A program made the position numbers and the translations under genes. Of a stretch of 64,000 bases of DNA, positions 31,878 through 42,058 are shown piece by piece. Location of the stretch: IMG/VR virus record IMGVR_UViG_3300013308_000019, positions 1 through 64,000 of that record; one strand, given 5' to 3'. This stretch comes from a virus. Lineage: Duplodnaviria > Caudoviricetes. The notes under the pieces are model-generated. The model saw only the letters and a program-made list of their open reading frames with translations. It was not told the DNA's origin and did no database searches. Positions within the stretch are counted from its first letter, which is position 1, and each line of letters opens with the position of its first letter.

Positions 31878-32362
31878 GCGACCGGAAGTATGACGGCGGC
31901 GACCGGATCATTGTCTCACAGACCCCGGTAGACGACACAGACAAGGCGTACTCCGGAATGGCAGGCACCGTGAATGCCCTGACCCATCGGAACGACGATC
32001 TGGATGTCTACCGAGTGACACTGGACGACGACGAGTACCCGCACAGTTTCTACGGCGTGGACCTGCTTCCGTACAACGAACTGGATGCACTCCGGGCAGA
32101 GCTTGCACAGGCGGAGGCCAAGGTGCTAGACTTGAAGGAAGCGATCAAGCTGAGGGAACGGAACGCCACAGAGCTTCCCGTTGCCACCGTGGTGTCCTAC
32201 AAGGATGTTTTTGGCCCTGCGGCCATGACCAAGCAGGCAGAGGATAGCTGGCTGAATGTCTTCCCGACGCAGTTGGGCAACATGAACACGGAGCGCCTGA
32301 ATGACTACAGGGTCACCCAGTTGCTCGTCAACACTGAGAGTGCTGTAGTCCGGAAGCCCTAG
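31874..32362 (+). CDS. SH3-like plus coiled-coil protein
   Basis: YDGGDRI...GMAGTV. Confidence 0.6.
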   Translation: MSDRKYDGGDRIIVSQTPVDDTDKAYSGMAGTVNALTHRNDDLDVYRVTLDDDEYPHSFYGVDLLPYNELDALRAELAQAEAKVLDLKEAIKLRERNATELPVATVVSYKDVFGPAAMTKQAEDSWLNVFPTQLGNMNTERLNDYRVTQLLVNTESAVVRKP

Positions 32363-32571
32363 ACAAAACCACCGGGAGGTGGTAGACTAGAGGTATAGAC
32401 GAAGGGAGGAATCATGTAGATGAACTGGAACCGCTGAAAGTACTGCACGGCGCAGGAGCGGGGTAATACAACTTATGATAGATTTACCTTTGATAAACCG
32501 CTTGACGGATGAGGACCCTAGGCTAGTGGAATCCATGGCCTAAGGGTCCTCTCCCATTTGGAAGGATAGAG

Positions 32572-32859
32572 ATGAAGAGAAACACCATTTCGATGTTGCT
32601 GGCTATACTGCTGGTTATACCTCTCGCCCCGGTAGTGTACGCTCTACTGGGTGGAGGACTGGCAGGAAGCGTGGCGTGTATCCTACTGGGTGTAGTGACT
32701 GCCGCATCCACGACTGTAGCAGTCAACTCGGTGGTGTCGTTGTACAACTGGATCAAGTACCGTAACGTACACGTAGAGTCACCGAAGCCCCTGTCCGTAC
32801 CCCAACACACGGCTTACGAGTTGGACTGGACAAAGATCACCAAAGGTGATAATATGTAG
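32572..32859 (+). CDS. Membrane protein
   Basis: Two TM segments. Confidence 0.6.
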   Translation: MKRNTISMLLAILLVIPLAPVVYALLGGGLAGSVACILLGVVTAASTTVAVNSVVSLYNWIKYRNVHVESPKPLSVPQHTAYELDWTKITKGDNM

Positions 32860-32861
32860 CC

Positions 32862-33149
32862 ATGGAAACAGTAGATACGTACACCGAGGAACCCGAAGAC
32901 TTTCTCCACCTACAGGAGCCGACAGAGTTCGTGGCGGATGACACAGCAAGCATGATGGTGTCCGATGGCATGGTCACTTTCATCAACCGTCAGACCGGAG
33001 ACTCTGTATCCCTCTCAGAGTGGGACTTCTCGAATCTTGACTTGGCATACATCTGTGCTAGACTTGAGGAAAAGAATCCGAGACTCAAGGAGTCCCGCCT
33101 TGAGCGCGAGGCCTACGAGGCAGAACAGGAGCAGGACAATGATGAGTGA
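32862..33149 (+). CDS. Acidic hypothetical protein
   Basis: ORF. Confidence 0.6.
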   Translation: METVDTYTEEPEDFLHLQEPTEFVADDTASMMVSDGMVTFINRQTGDSVSLSEWDFSNLDLAYICARLEEKNPRLKESRLEREAYEAEQEQDNDE

Positions 33150-33370
33150 AATGCGTAAGCACGAACTGGAACAGATCGCAGAGAACGAGATTCGGTACCG
33201 GGGATTCAACTCAGGTGCCGAGTACCTCAAGAAGACCTACGCCATTTACGACCTGACTGACGGAGAAGCGTTGGCTGTCGGCTTCCTCATCCGGAATGCT
33301 GTCATCGAGTTCCCGCCATTCCCTCATCACCTGCTTTGACATTCACCCGAAAGGAAAGTAAGCTATAACT

Positions 33371-33598
33371 ATGACCACCACAGAAGAAGAAACACTGGAG
33401 ACTGGCACTCTGGGATTCAAGACCGGCGACTACGTGGAGTCCTTCTACAACGGCTCACGGTACACCGGAGTGCTGGGAGAGATCAACACCCAGTGGATGT
33501 TCGCACAGGTCCGTATGTCTCCGGAGGTTGACATGATCCTCCCGCTGAGTACCATGACCGTCATCCGGGAAGAGGACTTCGATGAACTGGACGGCTAG
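33371..33598 (+). CDS. SH3-like mini-protein (leaderless)
   Basis: FKTGDYV; TTGACA-17-TAAGCT-6-ATG. Confidence 0.65.
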   Translation: MTTTEEETLETGTLGFKTGDYVESFYNGSRYTGVLGEINTQWMFAQVRMSPEVDMILPLSTMTVIREEDFDELDG

Positions 33599-33984
33599 CG
33601 AAAAGAAATATGCCGATGAGGTAGCATGGGACATGGACCTCATGGAGCGGGCACGTAAGCTCGTGGACATGGACGACACGTCCTACAGCACCCAGACGGT
33701 ACTGGAGACCGTGCACGAGAACTATCAGGGTGGCATCGTCCAGTTCTACTTGCAGAACAGTTTCTGATGCGGTACATCGTGAAGGCGAGGCTGGTAGTCG
33801 TACAGCCGTTCAAAGAGATACCGGTGGTAGCCGCAGTGCACAGGTTCAGACTCCCGGCGATTCTGAACGCCCGAGCCATGAACAAGATGAGCAAGGATTA
33901 CAACATCCAGTGGTACGCACTTGACACGAAGACCGGCAAGGCGTATGTTTAAGTAACAAGCCAAGCAACAGGGAAAGGGACATC

Positions 33985-34383
33985 ATGTTCTCAGCAGGAG
34001 AAGTAGTAAAGAACAAGATCAACAGCAAGCTCGCCACCGTCACCGAAGTACTGGAAGACGGCAAGATCAGGGTCCGCTTCGATGGGGACACTGGTACGGT
34101 CGAACTCCACGAGTCCCGGTTCCAAGCACACACGGGTCCGAACTTCGAGAAGCCGTTCGACTACGTGGACCCGCAGACCTTCAAGAAGGGTGACTACATC
34201 CGGGTCAGGCACGCCGAGCAGGTATTTCAGGGTGCGGCTTTGTCTGACATCGCGACGTTCGGGTACGCCACCTTCGAGATGCTGACCGAGGACGGACAGT
34301 ATCTTGAGTTCAATGCCAACTACGTCGATATCGTCGTCCTGTTTCGGGCGGATATCGCACGAGGACAGATGCCCAAGTACTGA
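33985..34383 (+). CDS. Tandem SH3-like protein
   Basis: FSAGEVV; FKKGDYIRV. Confidence 0.65.
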   Translation: MFSAGEVVKNKINSKLATVTEVLEDGKIRVRFDGDTGTVELHESRFQAHTGPNFEKPFDYVDPQTFKKGDYIRVRHAEQVFQGAALSDIATFGYATFEMLTEDGQYLEFNANYVDIVVLFRADIARGQMPKY

Positions 34384-34394
34384 GAGGAAAGTCA

Positions 34395-34646
34395 ATGGCA
34401 CAGGCACACATCACGAAAGTAAGTTCTTGGAACGACGAAGATAAGCCCGTACCTTGGGCCACCAAAGTGGTGACAGGCCATTACAGCAATACAGGGGAAC
34501 CTATCTTCCACTGGGAGGTCGAGGTAAACAGCCTTGAAGACCTAGCCCGGATTTCCGCCGCCAATGATAATGTTAGGCTGATCCTTAACTTTGGCGCTGA
34601 CGGTTCAGTCTTCAATATCAGCATCTACGACGATTACGTGGAGTAG
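34395..34646 (+). CDS. Hypothetical protein
   Basis: C-terminal IYDDYVE motif typical of small phage proteins. Confidence 0.65.
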   Translation: MAQAHITKVSSWNDEDKPVPWATKVVTGHYSNTGEPIFHWEVEVNSLEDLARISAANDNVRLILNFGADGSVFNISIYDDYVE

Positions 34647-34685
34647 TGTGCATGGTATCATGGTAGGAGCCTACTAAGGAGAACC

Positions 34686-35354
34686 ATGGTACGACACCGC
34701 GCAAACGTACGAGACCGAGTTAGAACATGGTGGGACGAGAGGTCTGTCCACCCTCTAGTTCTTCCGATTGTGTGGGTGGTATTGTCAGTCCTGTTGTTGA
34801 TAGGGCTGGCAATTACCATTCCGCCGATCATCCACGATATCATCACACCCAAGGAAACAGAGCAGACTACTCAGCAACCGACGCCCACGCCGAAGCAGAG
34901 TCCTCCGCCTGTATCGCAGTCACCTACTGCACAGCCACGTCCTAAGGCCACACAAGAGCCTGTGCCGACTCAGGCACCACAACCGGTAGCACCGGAGCCT
35001 CAGAACGTTCCACAGCCTGTAGCTCCACAGCCGGTGCCTGTACAGCCAGCACAGCCCGTCCAACCACAACCGGTACCGGTAGCTCCACAGCCGGTGCAAC
35101 CTGTACCGCAGGTACCACAGCCACCGCAGGCACCGAGACCACCACAGCTACCGCCTGTGTTACAGGTACCACAGCCACTGCCGTTGCCGTTGCCAAGTCT
35201 CCCGGAGGTTCTAGAGCCTGTTGTACCGCCCATCCTAGGTCCGGTACTGAACAAGCCACTGGACACGATAGACAAGACCGTGAGAGGTACGCTGGGCACA
35301 GTTGATAAGACTGTGGACGGGGCCACCGGAATCGTCGGAGGATTGCTCCCATAG
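34686..35354 (+). CDS. Pro/Gln-rich membrane-anchored protein
   Basis: TM segment followed by PQPV repeats. Confidence 0.75.
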   Translation: MVRHRANVRDRVRTWWDERSVHPLVLPIVWVVLSVLLLIGLAITIPPIIHDIITPKETEQTTQQPTPTPKQSPPPVSQSPTAQPRPKATQEPVPTQAPQPVAPEPQNVPQPVAPQPVPVQPAQPVQPQPVPVAPQPVQPVPQVPQPPQAPRPPQLPPVLQVPQPLPLPLPSLPEVLEPVVPPILGPVLNKPLDTIDKTVRGTLGTVDKTVDGATGIVGGLLP

Positions 35355-35416
35355 TTACAAGAAACGCTTAGAGGCATCAACTTGCACAGTTGGTGCCTCT
35401 TTGCTATTCTGAATGC

Positions 35417-35953
35417 ATGAGAACGAAATGCGTACTTTGTAACTGCCGGATCAAAGACCGTGCCAACGCGGACCAGAAGACATGCTCTGCTGAATGCCGA
35501 GGTACGTACAAGTGGAAGACGCGTACGATGACCAAGCACCACGACCGGAGTACCTCCGGTCAGCGCCCCAGCTTCAAGCCTGAGGACTGGATCGACATCC
35601 TCAACAGGCATGGCAGGCGTTGTGCGTACTGCGGAACCAAGAAGGGGAAGATGACCATGGACCACGTCCTACCGCTCTCACGTGGCGGACGACACTGTGT
35701 CTCCAACGTTGTCCCCGCTTGCGGCCAGTGCAACAAGACGAAGGCCGACATGACTCTCATGGAGTGGAAGCGGAAGAAGCTCTACGACATGCGTCCGTGG
35801 ACGATGACTGTCAACGGAATCAAGATGAAGCGGCCCAAGGAAGGCAAGCTGTCGAGGACTCCCATCTTCCAGCAGATGATGCAGGAGATGGCTGACAGGG
35901 CGCTTCTGGAGAAGTACCCGCCTACAGTTGACTACATCGACATTCTAGTGTAG
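35417..35953 (+). CDS. HNH endonuclease
   Basis: CAYCG...TMDHVLPLSRGG.H..SNVVPACGQCN..K; N-terminal CxxC...CS..C. Confidence 0.9.
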   Translation: MRTKCVLCNCRIKDRANADQKTCSAECRGTYKWKTRTMTKHHDRSTSGQRPSFKPEDWIDILNRHGRRCAYCGTKKGKMTMDHVLPLSRGGRHCVSNVVPACGQCNKTKADMTLMEWKRKKLYDMRPWTMTVNGIKMKRPKEGKLSRTPIFQQMMQEMADRALLEKYPPTVDYIDILV

Positions 35954-35962
35954 GATGGGAGT

Positions 35963-36172
35963 ATGAATAAGACAATCAAAACACTGGCAGTAGCAGGCGC
36001 ACTCATTGGGACACTGGCCCTTACAGGCTGTGGCAGTAACAGGGAGGGAGTCAACGATAAGGGTTGGTCCAGCCAGAACATCGGCACCCCCAACGGAACC
36101 GTAACTTGCGTACTGTTTGACGGATACGACGGAGACACGATCTCCTGTGACTGGGAAGGACTACGTAAATAA
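35963..36172 (+). CDS. Small lipoprotein (two-Cys family)
   Basis: LTGC lipobox; GTVTC...SCDW. Confidence 0.75.
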   Translation: MNKTIKTLAVAGALIGTLALTGCGSNREGVNDKGWSSQNIGTPNGTVTCVLFDGYDGDTISCDWEGLRK

Positions 36173-36513
36173 TGTTCGGGCGCAAGCAAGGTAGGGGGTA
36201 TTACACACCCCCGCCACAGGAGGCACCACAGCAACGTATGCGGGCCTCATTCGGTGGAGAGAGGGGAGAGTATGTTATAGCCCGTAGGATTGAGCGTCCG
36301 GACCCGCTTCCTGCGGCGCTGGAAGCAATCCTCAACGCCGTACGCACAGCACAGGAACTAGGAGCAACCCCACAGGAGTTGGACTCCGTTATTCGTCAAG
36401 CAGTCGCAGAACAGGGAGGATATAACAATGGCGGACTACTACCCCAAGAGCCGAACGGATCACATCGCCAAGGTGATGAAGCTGGACCCCATCAAGGAGG
36501 AAATGGCCTCTAA
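36172..36513 (+). CDS. Hypothetical protein
   Basis: Coupled ORF. Confidence 0.55.
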   Translation: MFGRKQGRGYYTPPPQEAPQQRMRASFGGERGEYVIARRIERPDPLPAALEAILNAVRTAQELGATPQELDSVIRQAVAEQGGYNNGGLLPQEPNGSHRQGDEAGPHQGGNGL

Positions 36514-36651
36514 GATTTATGCGGAGCGGTACTCGGACTGCTTCTGTCGAGAGGACCACGACATCAATCCGCCATGCGGGTCCGTGAAGTGGGCGCGAGA
36601 AAAGGTGGATGAAATCTTGGCAATCGCAAAGAAGAATGGTATGCTGAAGCC

Positions 36652-36975
36652 ATGAAGATCATGCGGGTCAACTACGACAAGCCCCACCGCTGTCCTACAT
36701 GGTCAGGTCCCGGATGGAGCGGAGGTAAGGGCGAGTGTGCAGGCGGTAGCTTCGCACGCGTATTCCACGAAGAGGAATACCACCAGAGGAAGAGACCCGA
36801 GTGGCGGTTCCATACCTGTGAGTCATGCGGTGTTGTGGTTCTTCCCGAGGTCTTGAAGAATCTGGACCCCACGTGGTGGACACACCGTATCAGAGTCAGG
36901 GTCAGAAACATCCAGTACCGGTGGGCTGACTGGAAGTACTGGCGGGAACTTGACAAACAGGAAAAGAACAACTAG
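36652..36975 (+). CDS. Putative Zn-binding protein
   Basis: HRCP...C...CESCG. Confidence 0.6.
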   Translation: MKIMRVNYDKPHRCPTWSGPGWSGGKGECAGGSFARVFHEEEYHQRKRPEWRFHTCESCGVVVLPEVLKNLDPTWWTHRIRVRVRNIQYRWADWKYWRELDKQEKNN

Positions 36976-36984
36976 GATAGGAAC

Positions 36985-37371
36985 ATGATGAAGAAACTTA
37001 TTATTGCAGGCGTTATCGCCTTGGGTGCCGTGTCGCTGACCGGCTGTCAGAACCTCGTCAAGAACGATCCGGCTGTGTGTACGGTGGTGGACAAGGACCG
37101 ATCAACCGAATCAACGAAGGACGGTTCCAAGTCTGTCTTCCGTGTCTACACCGAGGGTTGCGGCGACGATAACGAAACGCTGGGCCTCGCGGACAACATC
37201 TTGCAGGGCAACTTGCGTTCGTCGGACATGTACGCTAAGATCAAGGTAGGCGAGACCTACCGGTTCGAAACCGTAGGTATCCGCAACGGGGCCTTCTCGT
37301 CCTTCCGTGAGATCGTACGGTTCACCAAGGTGCAGGCACCAGCGCCGGGAGTCACGGAGCCTGCCAAGTGA
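36985..37371 (+). CDS. Lipoprotein, secreted beta-rich phage family
   Basis: LTGC lipobox; CTVVDKDR...SSDMYAKIKVGETY.F.TVG.R. Confidence 0.75.
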   Translation: MMKKLIIAGVIALGAVSLTGCQNLVKNDPAVCTVVDKDRSTESTKDGSKSVFRVYTEGCGDDNETLGLADNILQGNLRSSDMYAKIKVGETYRFETVGIRNGAFSSFREIVRFTKVQAPAPGVTEPAK

Positions 37372-37592
37372 CCAAGCTCCAGAAGATCATCGGCCTTGCG
37401 GCGGCGTTCATCCTCATGGTAGGGTTAAGCGCCTGTTCGGAAAACGGGACAGTGTACAACGCGGACAAGACGTACGAGTTTACAATGACCATGAACGATG
37501 GTACGGTTGTACCATGCATCAAGCACAAGGACTTCTACGGGTTCGCCTGCAACTTCGACAAGGCAGTACGGCCCAACACACCCAAGCCGTGA
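37368..37592 (+). CDS. Small lipoprotein (two-Cys family)
   Basis: LSAC lipobox; DGTVVPC...ACNF. Confidence 0.7.
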   Translation: MTKLQKIIGLAAAFILMVGLSACSENGTVYNADKTYEFTMTMNDGTVVPCIKHKDFYGFACNFDKAVRPNTPKP

Positions 37593-37815
37593 GCGAGGTC
37601 ACCGAACCGGTCTTTGAGAAAGGGGACCGGGTCAAGATAGACACACCGAAGGAAACCTGCCACGGCAGGGTCGGCAAGGTGAGCCACTACACCGAGTCAG
37701 GAAAGCTGGTCTACGTGGAGACACCGACCGGACTGGTATGGGTGTATCCATGGGAGATATCCCACCACAAAGAACGTTAGTTACAAAAACCGCACAACAA
37801 GAAGGAGAATAGACA

Positions 37816-37953
37816 ATGGCACGATTCAATGGTAAGCAGTACAAGGGTGCACAGAAGGCACTCAAGGAAATCCGTCGCGAAGAGGCGGAGAAGCGCAACG
37901 CCGAGACCCTGCCCGAGAACCGGCGTCAGGCTCGTCTTACAAAAGACGCTTAG
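37816..37953 (+). CDS. Small basic protein ending in the array motif
   Basis: AAGGAG RBS; MARFNGKQ...RLTKDA. Confidence 0.6.
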   Translation: MARFNGKQYKGAQKALKEIRREEAEKRNAETLPENRRQARLTKDA

Positions 37954-38222
37954 TGGAGACACTGGCGGGGATGGTGTTGGTCCTAGCTGGACTGTTCATG
38001 CTGTTCCTAACAGTAGGCATAGTGGTTAGCGGGACACCGATGCTACTGGTCATCGTCCCACTAGCACTGTCCGCAGTGTTTTTCAAAATGGCGTACGATC
38101 TTCTGACCGACCCGCAAGGTCTGTAATACAAAAAGCGCATAGGCTCCCTGTTTGACAGCAGGGGGCCTTTTGTGTAAGCTAGAGGTACAAGGTCAAACGA
38201 ACCGAAAGGGAAAGCTAAGGGT

Positions 38223-38510
38223 ATGAAAGCAGACGGAACACCAGAGACAGAGTTCGAAGAGGCCATGCCGCTGTTCGCCAGCATCCTCACGGCGAATGCC
38301 CGAGACCTCCAGTGGACAAACGACCAACTGCTGGCGATCAAAGAGGAACAGCTTCGCCAGATGCAGAAGGACTACGTGAAGCTGTACGCGGCTCTCCACA
38401 AGGTGGCAGAGCGTACCGACTCCGCTACTGCGTACGACGCACTGGACAGGTTCTGGCACGTGAACGAAGATGCCAAGAAAGAACTTGCCAAACCGCACGA
38501 GTCGTACTAG
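38223..38510 (+). CDS. Hypothetical protein
   Basis: ORF after cassette promoter. Confidence 0.65.
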   Translation: MKADGTPETEFEEAMPLFASILTANARDLQWTNDQLLAIKEEQLRQMQKDYVKLYAALHKVAERTDSATAYDALDRFWHVNEDAKKELAKPHESY

Positions 38511-38542
38511 ACTGGTATCACACCAAGCGAAAGGAAAAGAAC

Positions 38543-38932
38543 ATGTGGAAAGATCATCTTAAGTTCAGCGTTGGACAGACCGTCCAGATTGTCCGGGACA
38601 ACAAGGTCTGGAACGGAACGGTGGCAAAGATCGAGTCGTTGTCCAATGACCCGGAGTTCCCCTACGTCCTGTTGGTCAAGTCCTCGGGCCGTCCCAACGC
38701 CGTAGGTAATACGTATCAGTGGGACGAAGCATCGCTCGACCTCTTCGATGGGAAGCGCGAGAAGCTGGAGCGGGTCATCGAGGCCAACTTCCCGCGACGG
38801 TTGGATGTGTACTACTCCAACCTCTCCGGTGGTGCGGTGGTGCTGGGAGACAACGGGAAGCTCTACCGTGTTCTTGAATCCGGTGACATCGAGTCCGAGT
38901 CTGATCCCAAACCTTACGGGCGCAGGAAGTAG
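38543..38932 (+). CDS. SH3-like N-terminus plus module shared with 51708..52178
   Basis: FSVGQTV; KRE...FP.RLD.YYS...GDIE. Confidence 0.65.
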   Translation: MWKDHLKFSVGQTVQIVRDNKVWNGTVAKIESLSNDPEFPYVLLVKSSGRPNAVGNTYQWDEASLDLFDGKREKLERVIEANFPRRLDVYYSNLSGGAVVLGDNGKLYRVLESGDIESESDPKPYGRRK

Positions 38933-38993
38933 TTACAAAAAACGCAAGGGCCATCCGGTTGACATCGGGTGGCTTTTTGTGTATGCTAGAGGT

Positions 38994-39242
38994 ATGAAGA
39001 AGATGCAGAAGGTACTACTGTCCGTTGCTTCCCTTGTCGTGGCTTCGTCACTTACCGCGTGTTTCGGGGGGAGTACCGCGACAACTCCCGAACCTCCCAA
39101 GTACCCTGACTACAGAGAGATACAGTTGGGTGATGATATGTGGGAGGTCCGGTTCACCGACTCCGAGGGTGTCAAGATGCGTTGCTTCGTCTACGTCGGT
39201 TATCAAAAAGGCGGACTTGACGGATGCGAAAAGGTGGGCTAA
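38994..39242 (+). CDS. Small lipoprotein (two-Cys family, leaderless)
   Basis: LTAC lipobox; MRC...GGLDGC. Confidence 0.7.
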   Translation: MKKMQKVLLSVASLVVASSLTACFGGSTATTPEPPKYPDYREIQLGDDMWEVRFTDSEGVKMRCFVYVGYQKGGLDGCEKVG

Positions 39243-39251
39243 GGTAGAGAC

Positions 39252-39629
39252 ATGAAAACATACGAAGTAGGCGACAAGGTTTGGTTCCGGAACAAGGCGT
39301 GCGAGATTCTCGATCCCGCAACACTGAGCACCCCACGAGAGCTTCGGCCCTACGAGGTGTTCATCAGCTACGAGGATCAGCGGTTTACCGTGGACTCCCG
39401 GTATCTCTTCCCGTTCAAGCGTGCCGAGGATTACGTACTGGGTTCCATCCTCGCGTACCACGCAGATGATCCGGTGTACGGAAAGCTTCTGGTCAAGACG
39501 AGCAAAGGCTACTGGCACGTTGCTCGTGCCGACCGTGGCAACATGGGCGACTGGTCCGATGGTGAAGTGAACATGGGACTCCGTCCCGGTGGATCGATCA
39601 CCGTGGTACTTGACAACGACGAGAACTAG
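39252..39629 (+). CDS. SH3-like protein (leaderless)
   Basis: YEVGDKV. Confidence 0.65.
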   Translation: MKTYEVGDKVWFRNKACEILDPATLSTPRELRPYEVFISYEDQRFTVDSRYLFPFKRAEDYVLGSILAYHADDPVYGKLLVKTSKGYWHVARADRGNMGDWSDGEVNMGLRPGGSITVVLDNDEN

Positions 39630-39858
39630 GGTAAGGTGGAGATATGAAGAAGCCAAGCAGATACCGTGTCGGATCAGTGTTCATCTACAAGCCCGATCAC
39701 CCGCACTTCAAGGCGACCCTTGTCAAGGTAGGTCCTGATAAGTGGATGCGGGTTAACCACAACAGCCACGTTCGCCAGTACTTCACCAACAGCACAGTGG
39801 AGGCCCTGTTCTTCCCCAGCCTGTTGACTCTGGTACATGACTCTGGTAAGGTGGAGTC

Positions 39859-40269
39859 ATGAACACATTTAATGAGGGCGATAAGGTAATCTACACCGAC
39901 GAGAATGGGAACGATTGGGATGCGCAGTTCAAGCGTACCGAAGTGATCGATGACAAGGACGTGGTGGTCATTTCCATGAACGGAGGGTGGCCGATCTACG
40001 TACACGCCGAGCAGGTCCGGGCCACGAACCGGACCAAGAAGATCATTGCAAATGACATTGTCCGCAAGCTCAAGAAGATTGACAGCCTGCGGACGGAACT
40101 CGACCACTTGTACTCCGACCTTCACGAACTGTTGGAGGAAGATGGGCAACCACAGTGGGAGACCAAGCTGGTCGAGGTCATGCAGACCGTCCATCGGAAC
40201 ATCCTCCGGCTCGAAACCACGAACATGTTGACCGAGTGGGAAGGGTACCGGGACAACCGTCCGGAGTAG
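39859..40269 (+). CDS. SH3-like plus helical protein
   Basis: FNEGDKV. Confidence 0.65.
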   Translation: MNTFNEGDKVIYTDENGNDWDAQFKRTEVIDDKDVVVISMNGGWPIYVHAEQVRATNRTKKIIANDIVRKLKKIDSLRTELDHLYSDLHELLEEDGQPQWETKLVEVMQTVHRNILRLETTNMLTEWEGYRDNRPE

Positions 40270-40374
40270 TTGACAGGGCGGTGGTTTGTGTATATTGACC
40301 TAGTACCAAGTATTGCCGGTGGTATAATGGTTTTAGACCATGTCCCAGATAGTAGAGTACTTGGAAGTAGTAAT

Positions 40375-40971
40375 ATGGAATTTCCTTTTGATACACCACC
40401 ACCGCCCCCATTCTTAGACGAAGAGCCTAAGGTCAGCAAGTCCCTCAGTGCCGGTAAGACTTCACCGGCAGAGCAAGGACAAAACATCCCGATGGGATGG
40501 AAACCGACAGCCGCCGAACCCGTTGCCGTTGTCCGCTGTACCGGTACCGCTAGCACCACAGGCGAACAGTGCAAGCGCTGGTCCCTCCGTGGAACCAACG
40601 TCTGCTCTAAGCACGGCGGACAGTTGCCGACCGTTAGAGAGCATGCCGAGGCCGTTGTGGAGTCTGCACGCATGCGCCTCATGGGAATGGCTGACCAAGC
40701 CGTAGACGGACTGGAAGACCTCATTGCGGTAGGCACTGCACCGCAGATCAGGCTTGCCGCTATCAAGGAAGTTCTGGACCGCTCAGGCGTGAAGGGTGGA
40801 CCGGACCTGTCCGTAGAGGTTACGCACTCCGTATCATACAAAGACGAAATCTTCAACCGCCTCAAGGAAATCAAAGAGCGCAAAGAAGCCATGGAGAAAG
40901 AGAAAGCCGCCATGCTTGGAGAAGATATTGTCGATGCCGAGGTACTTGACGAACCCGAGGAAACCGAGTAA
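40375..40971 (+). CDS. HGG-motif Zn-finger protein; possible terminase small subunit
   Basis: RCTG...GEQCKR...G.NVCSKHGG followed by RLAAIKEVLDRSG. Confidence 0.6.
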   Translation: MEFPFDTPPPPPFLDEEPKVSKSLSAGKTSPAEQGQNIPMGWKPTAAEPVAVVRCTGTASTTGEQCKRWSLRGTNVCSKHGGQLPTVREHAEAVVESARMRLMGMADQAVDGLEDLIAVGTAPQIRLAAIKEVLDRSGVKGGPDLSVEVTHSVSYKDEIFNRLKEIKERKEAMEKEKAAMLGEDIVDAEVLDEPEETE

Positions 40972-40980
40972 GCTGGCCGT

Positions 40981-41187
40981 ATGACAGATAACCCAGCCCC
41001 CGATCCACAGTACATCGTCACCGACCGACACATGGCTCCGTCTCTCTCCGAGGAACACGCCAATGAACTCATCGAGAAGTACGGACACGTCGAGTCCACC
41101 GTGAGCATCGACATGGACGACTTCGATCCCACCGCCGAACCCGACGTAAGCATCCGACCTACGTGGCTGGATGGCAAGGGTTTCTAG
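40981..41187 (+). CDS. Acidic hypothetical protein (leaderless)
   Basis: TTGACG-17-TAAGCT-6-ATG. Confidence 0.65.
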   Translation: MTDNPAPDPQYIVTDRHMAPSLSEEHANELIEKYGHVESTVSIDMDDFDPTAEPDVSIRPTWLDGKGF

Positions 41188-41246
41188 TTACAAAAAACGC
41201 AACGGCTCCACTTGACGGTGGGGCCGTTTGCATGTAAGCTGTAACC

Positions 41247-41867
41247 ATGAACACATTCAATGAAGGCGACCGAGTCTCCCATCCCGTCTACGGGAAGGGT
41301 ATCGTAGACGACCCGTACTCCGGTACCGGCTACGCTACCGTCCTGTTCGAGAACGGTAACAAGGTGATGGCCGACACATCCCTGCTGACACCGGTAACCC
41401 CTGCCTCACGGTTCAAAGCAGGAGACCAAGTCCATCACGCCCACCACGGCTCCGCTACCGTAATCGCCGTGAATGAGGCCCTGAAGCTCGTGACCATCCA
41501 GCCGTTCGCATACCGTGCCGGTTGGACGACACAGGTCCATCCGATCAGCTTGACAATGGAGTCGAACGGTGGTAAGTTCAAGGTAGGCGACCGCGTCTCC
41601 CACAAGCTCCACCGTGACGGTACCGTGGAAGAGATTCAGGCCAACGGGTTGCACGTCGTGAACATCGGCGGTAACCGTGTCTACATGGCACTGGAACACC
41701 AGATCGAGCATGCGGTACCGGAACCGACCTACCACATCTGCATCGAAGAGATTACCGGTGCCGCTCATGTTCCCGGTAGCCTCACCGCTAAGGAAGTTGC
41801 CAACTACATCAACGATGGGGTAGACTGGCGAGTAGCCAAAGAGATCACCATCACCAAGGAAGGCTAA
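41247..41867 (+). CDS. Triple SH3/Tudor-like repeat protein
   Basis: Three F..GD.V.H..(Y/H)G.G.V repeats. Confidence 0.75.
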   Translation: MNTFNEGDRVSHPVYGKGIVDDPYSGTGYATVLFENGNKVMADTSLLTPVTPASRFKAGDQVHHAHHGSATVIAVNEALKLVTIQPFAYRAGWTTQVHPISLTMESNGGKFKVGDRVSHKLHRDGTVEEIQANGLHVVNIGGNRVYMALEHQIEHAVPEPTYHICIEEITGAAHVPGSLTAKEVANYINDGVDWRVAKEITITKEG

Positions 41868-41869
41868 CC

Positions 41870-42046
41870 GTGGAATTCAAAGAAGGCGACACCGTACGGA
41901 TCACCGTAGAGGGAGACTCCGAGTACGGTAAGGAGCTACCGGTCTTCGGTACATCCGGAGACCATGCCGTGTGGGTCAACGTAGGGTTCGGCATGATCTG
42001 GTGCTACCGCCCCTTCGAACTCGAACTCGTTACAAAAAACGCATAG
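41870..42046 (+). CDS. KOW-like mini-protein ending VTKNA (array motif)
   Basis: GTG start; FKEGDTVRI. Confidence 0.6.
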   Translation: MEFKEGDTVRITVEGDSEYGKELPVFGTSGDHAVWVNVGFGMIWCYRPFELELVTKNA

Positions 42047-42058
42047 GAAGGTACGGAC

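Noticed and set aside
35000-35665. Cys/Gly-rich minus-strand ORF
   Set aside because: Antisense shadow of the PQPV repeats and the HNH gene.
40122-41177. 351-aa minus-strand ORF
   Set aside because: Ser-rich antisense shadow of three plus-strand genes.
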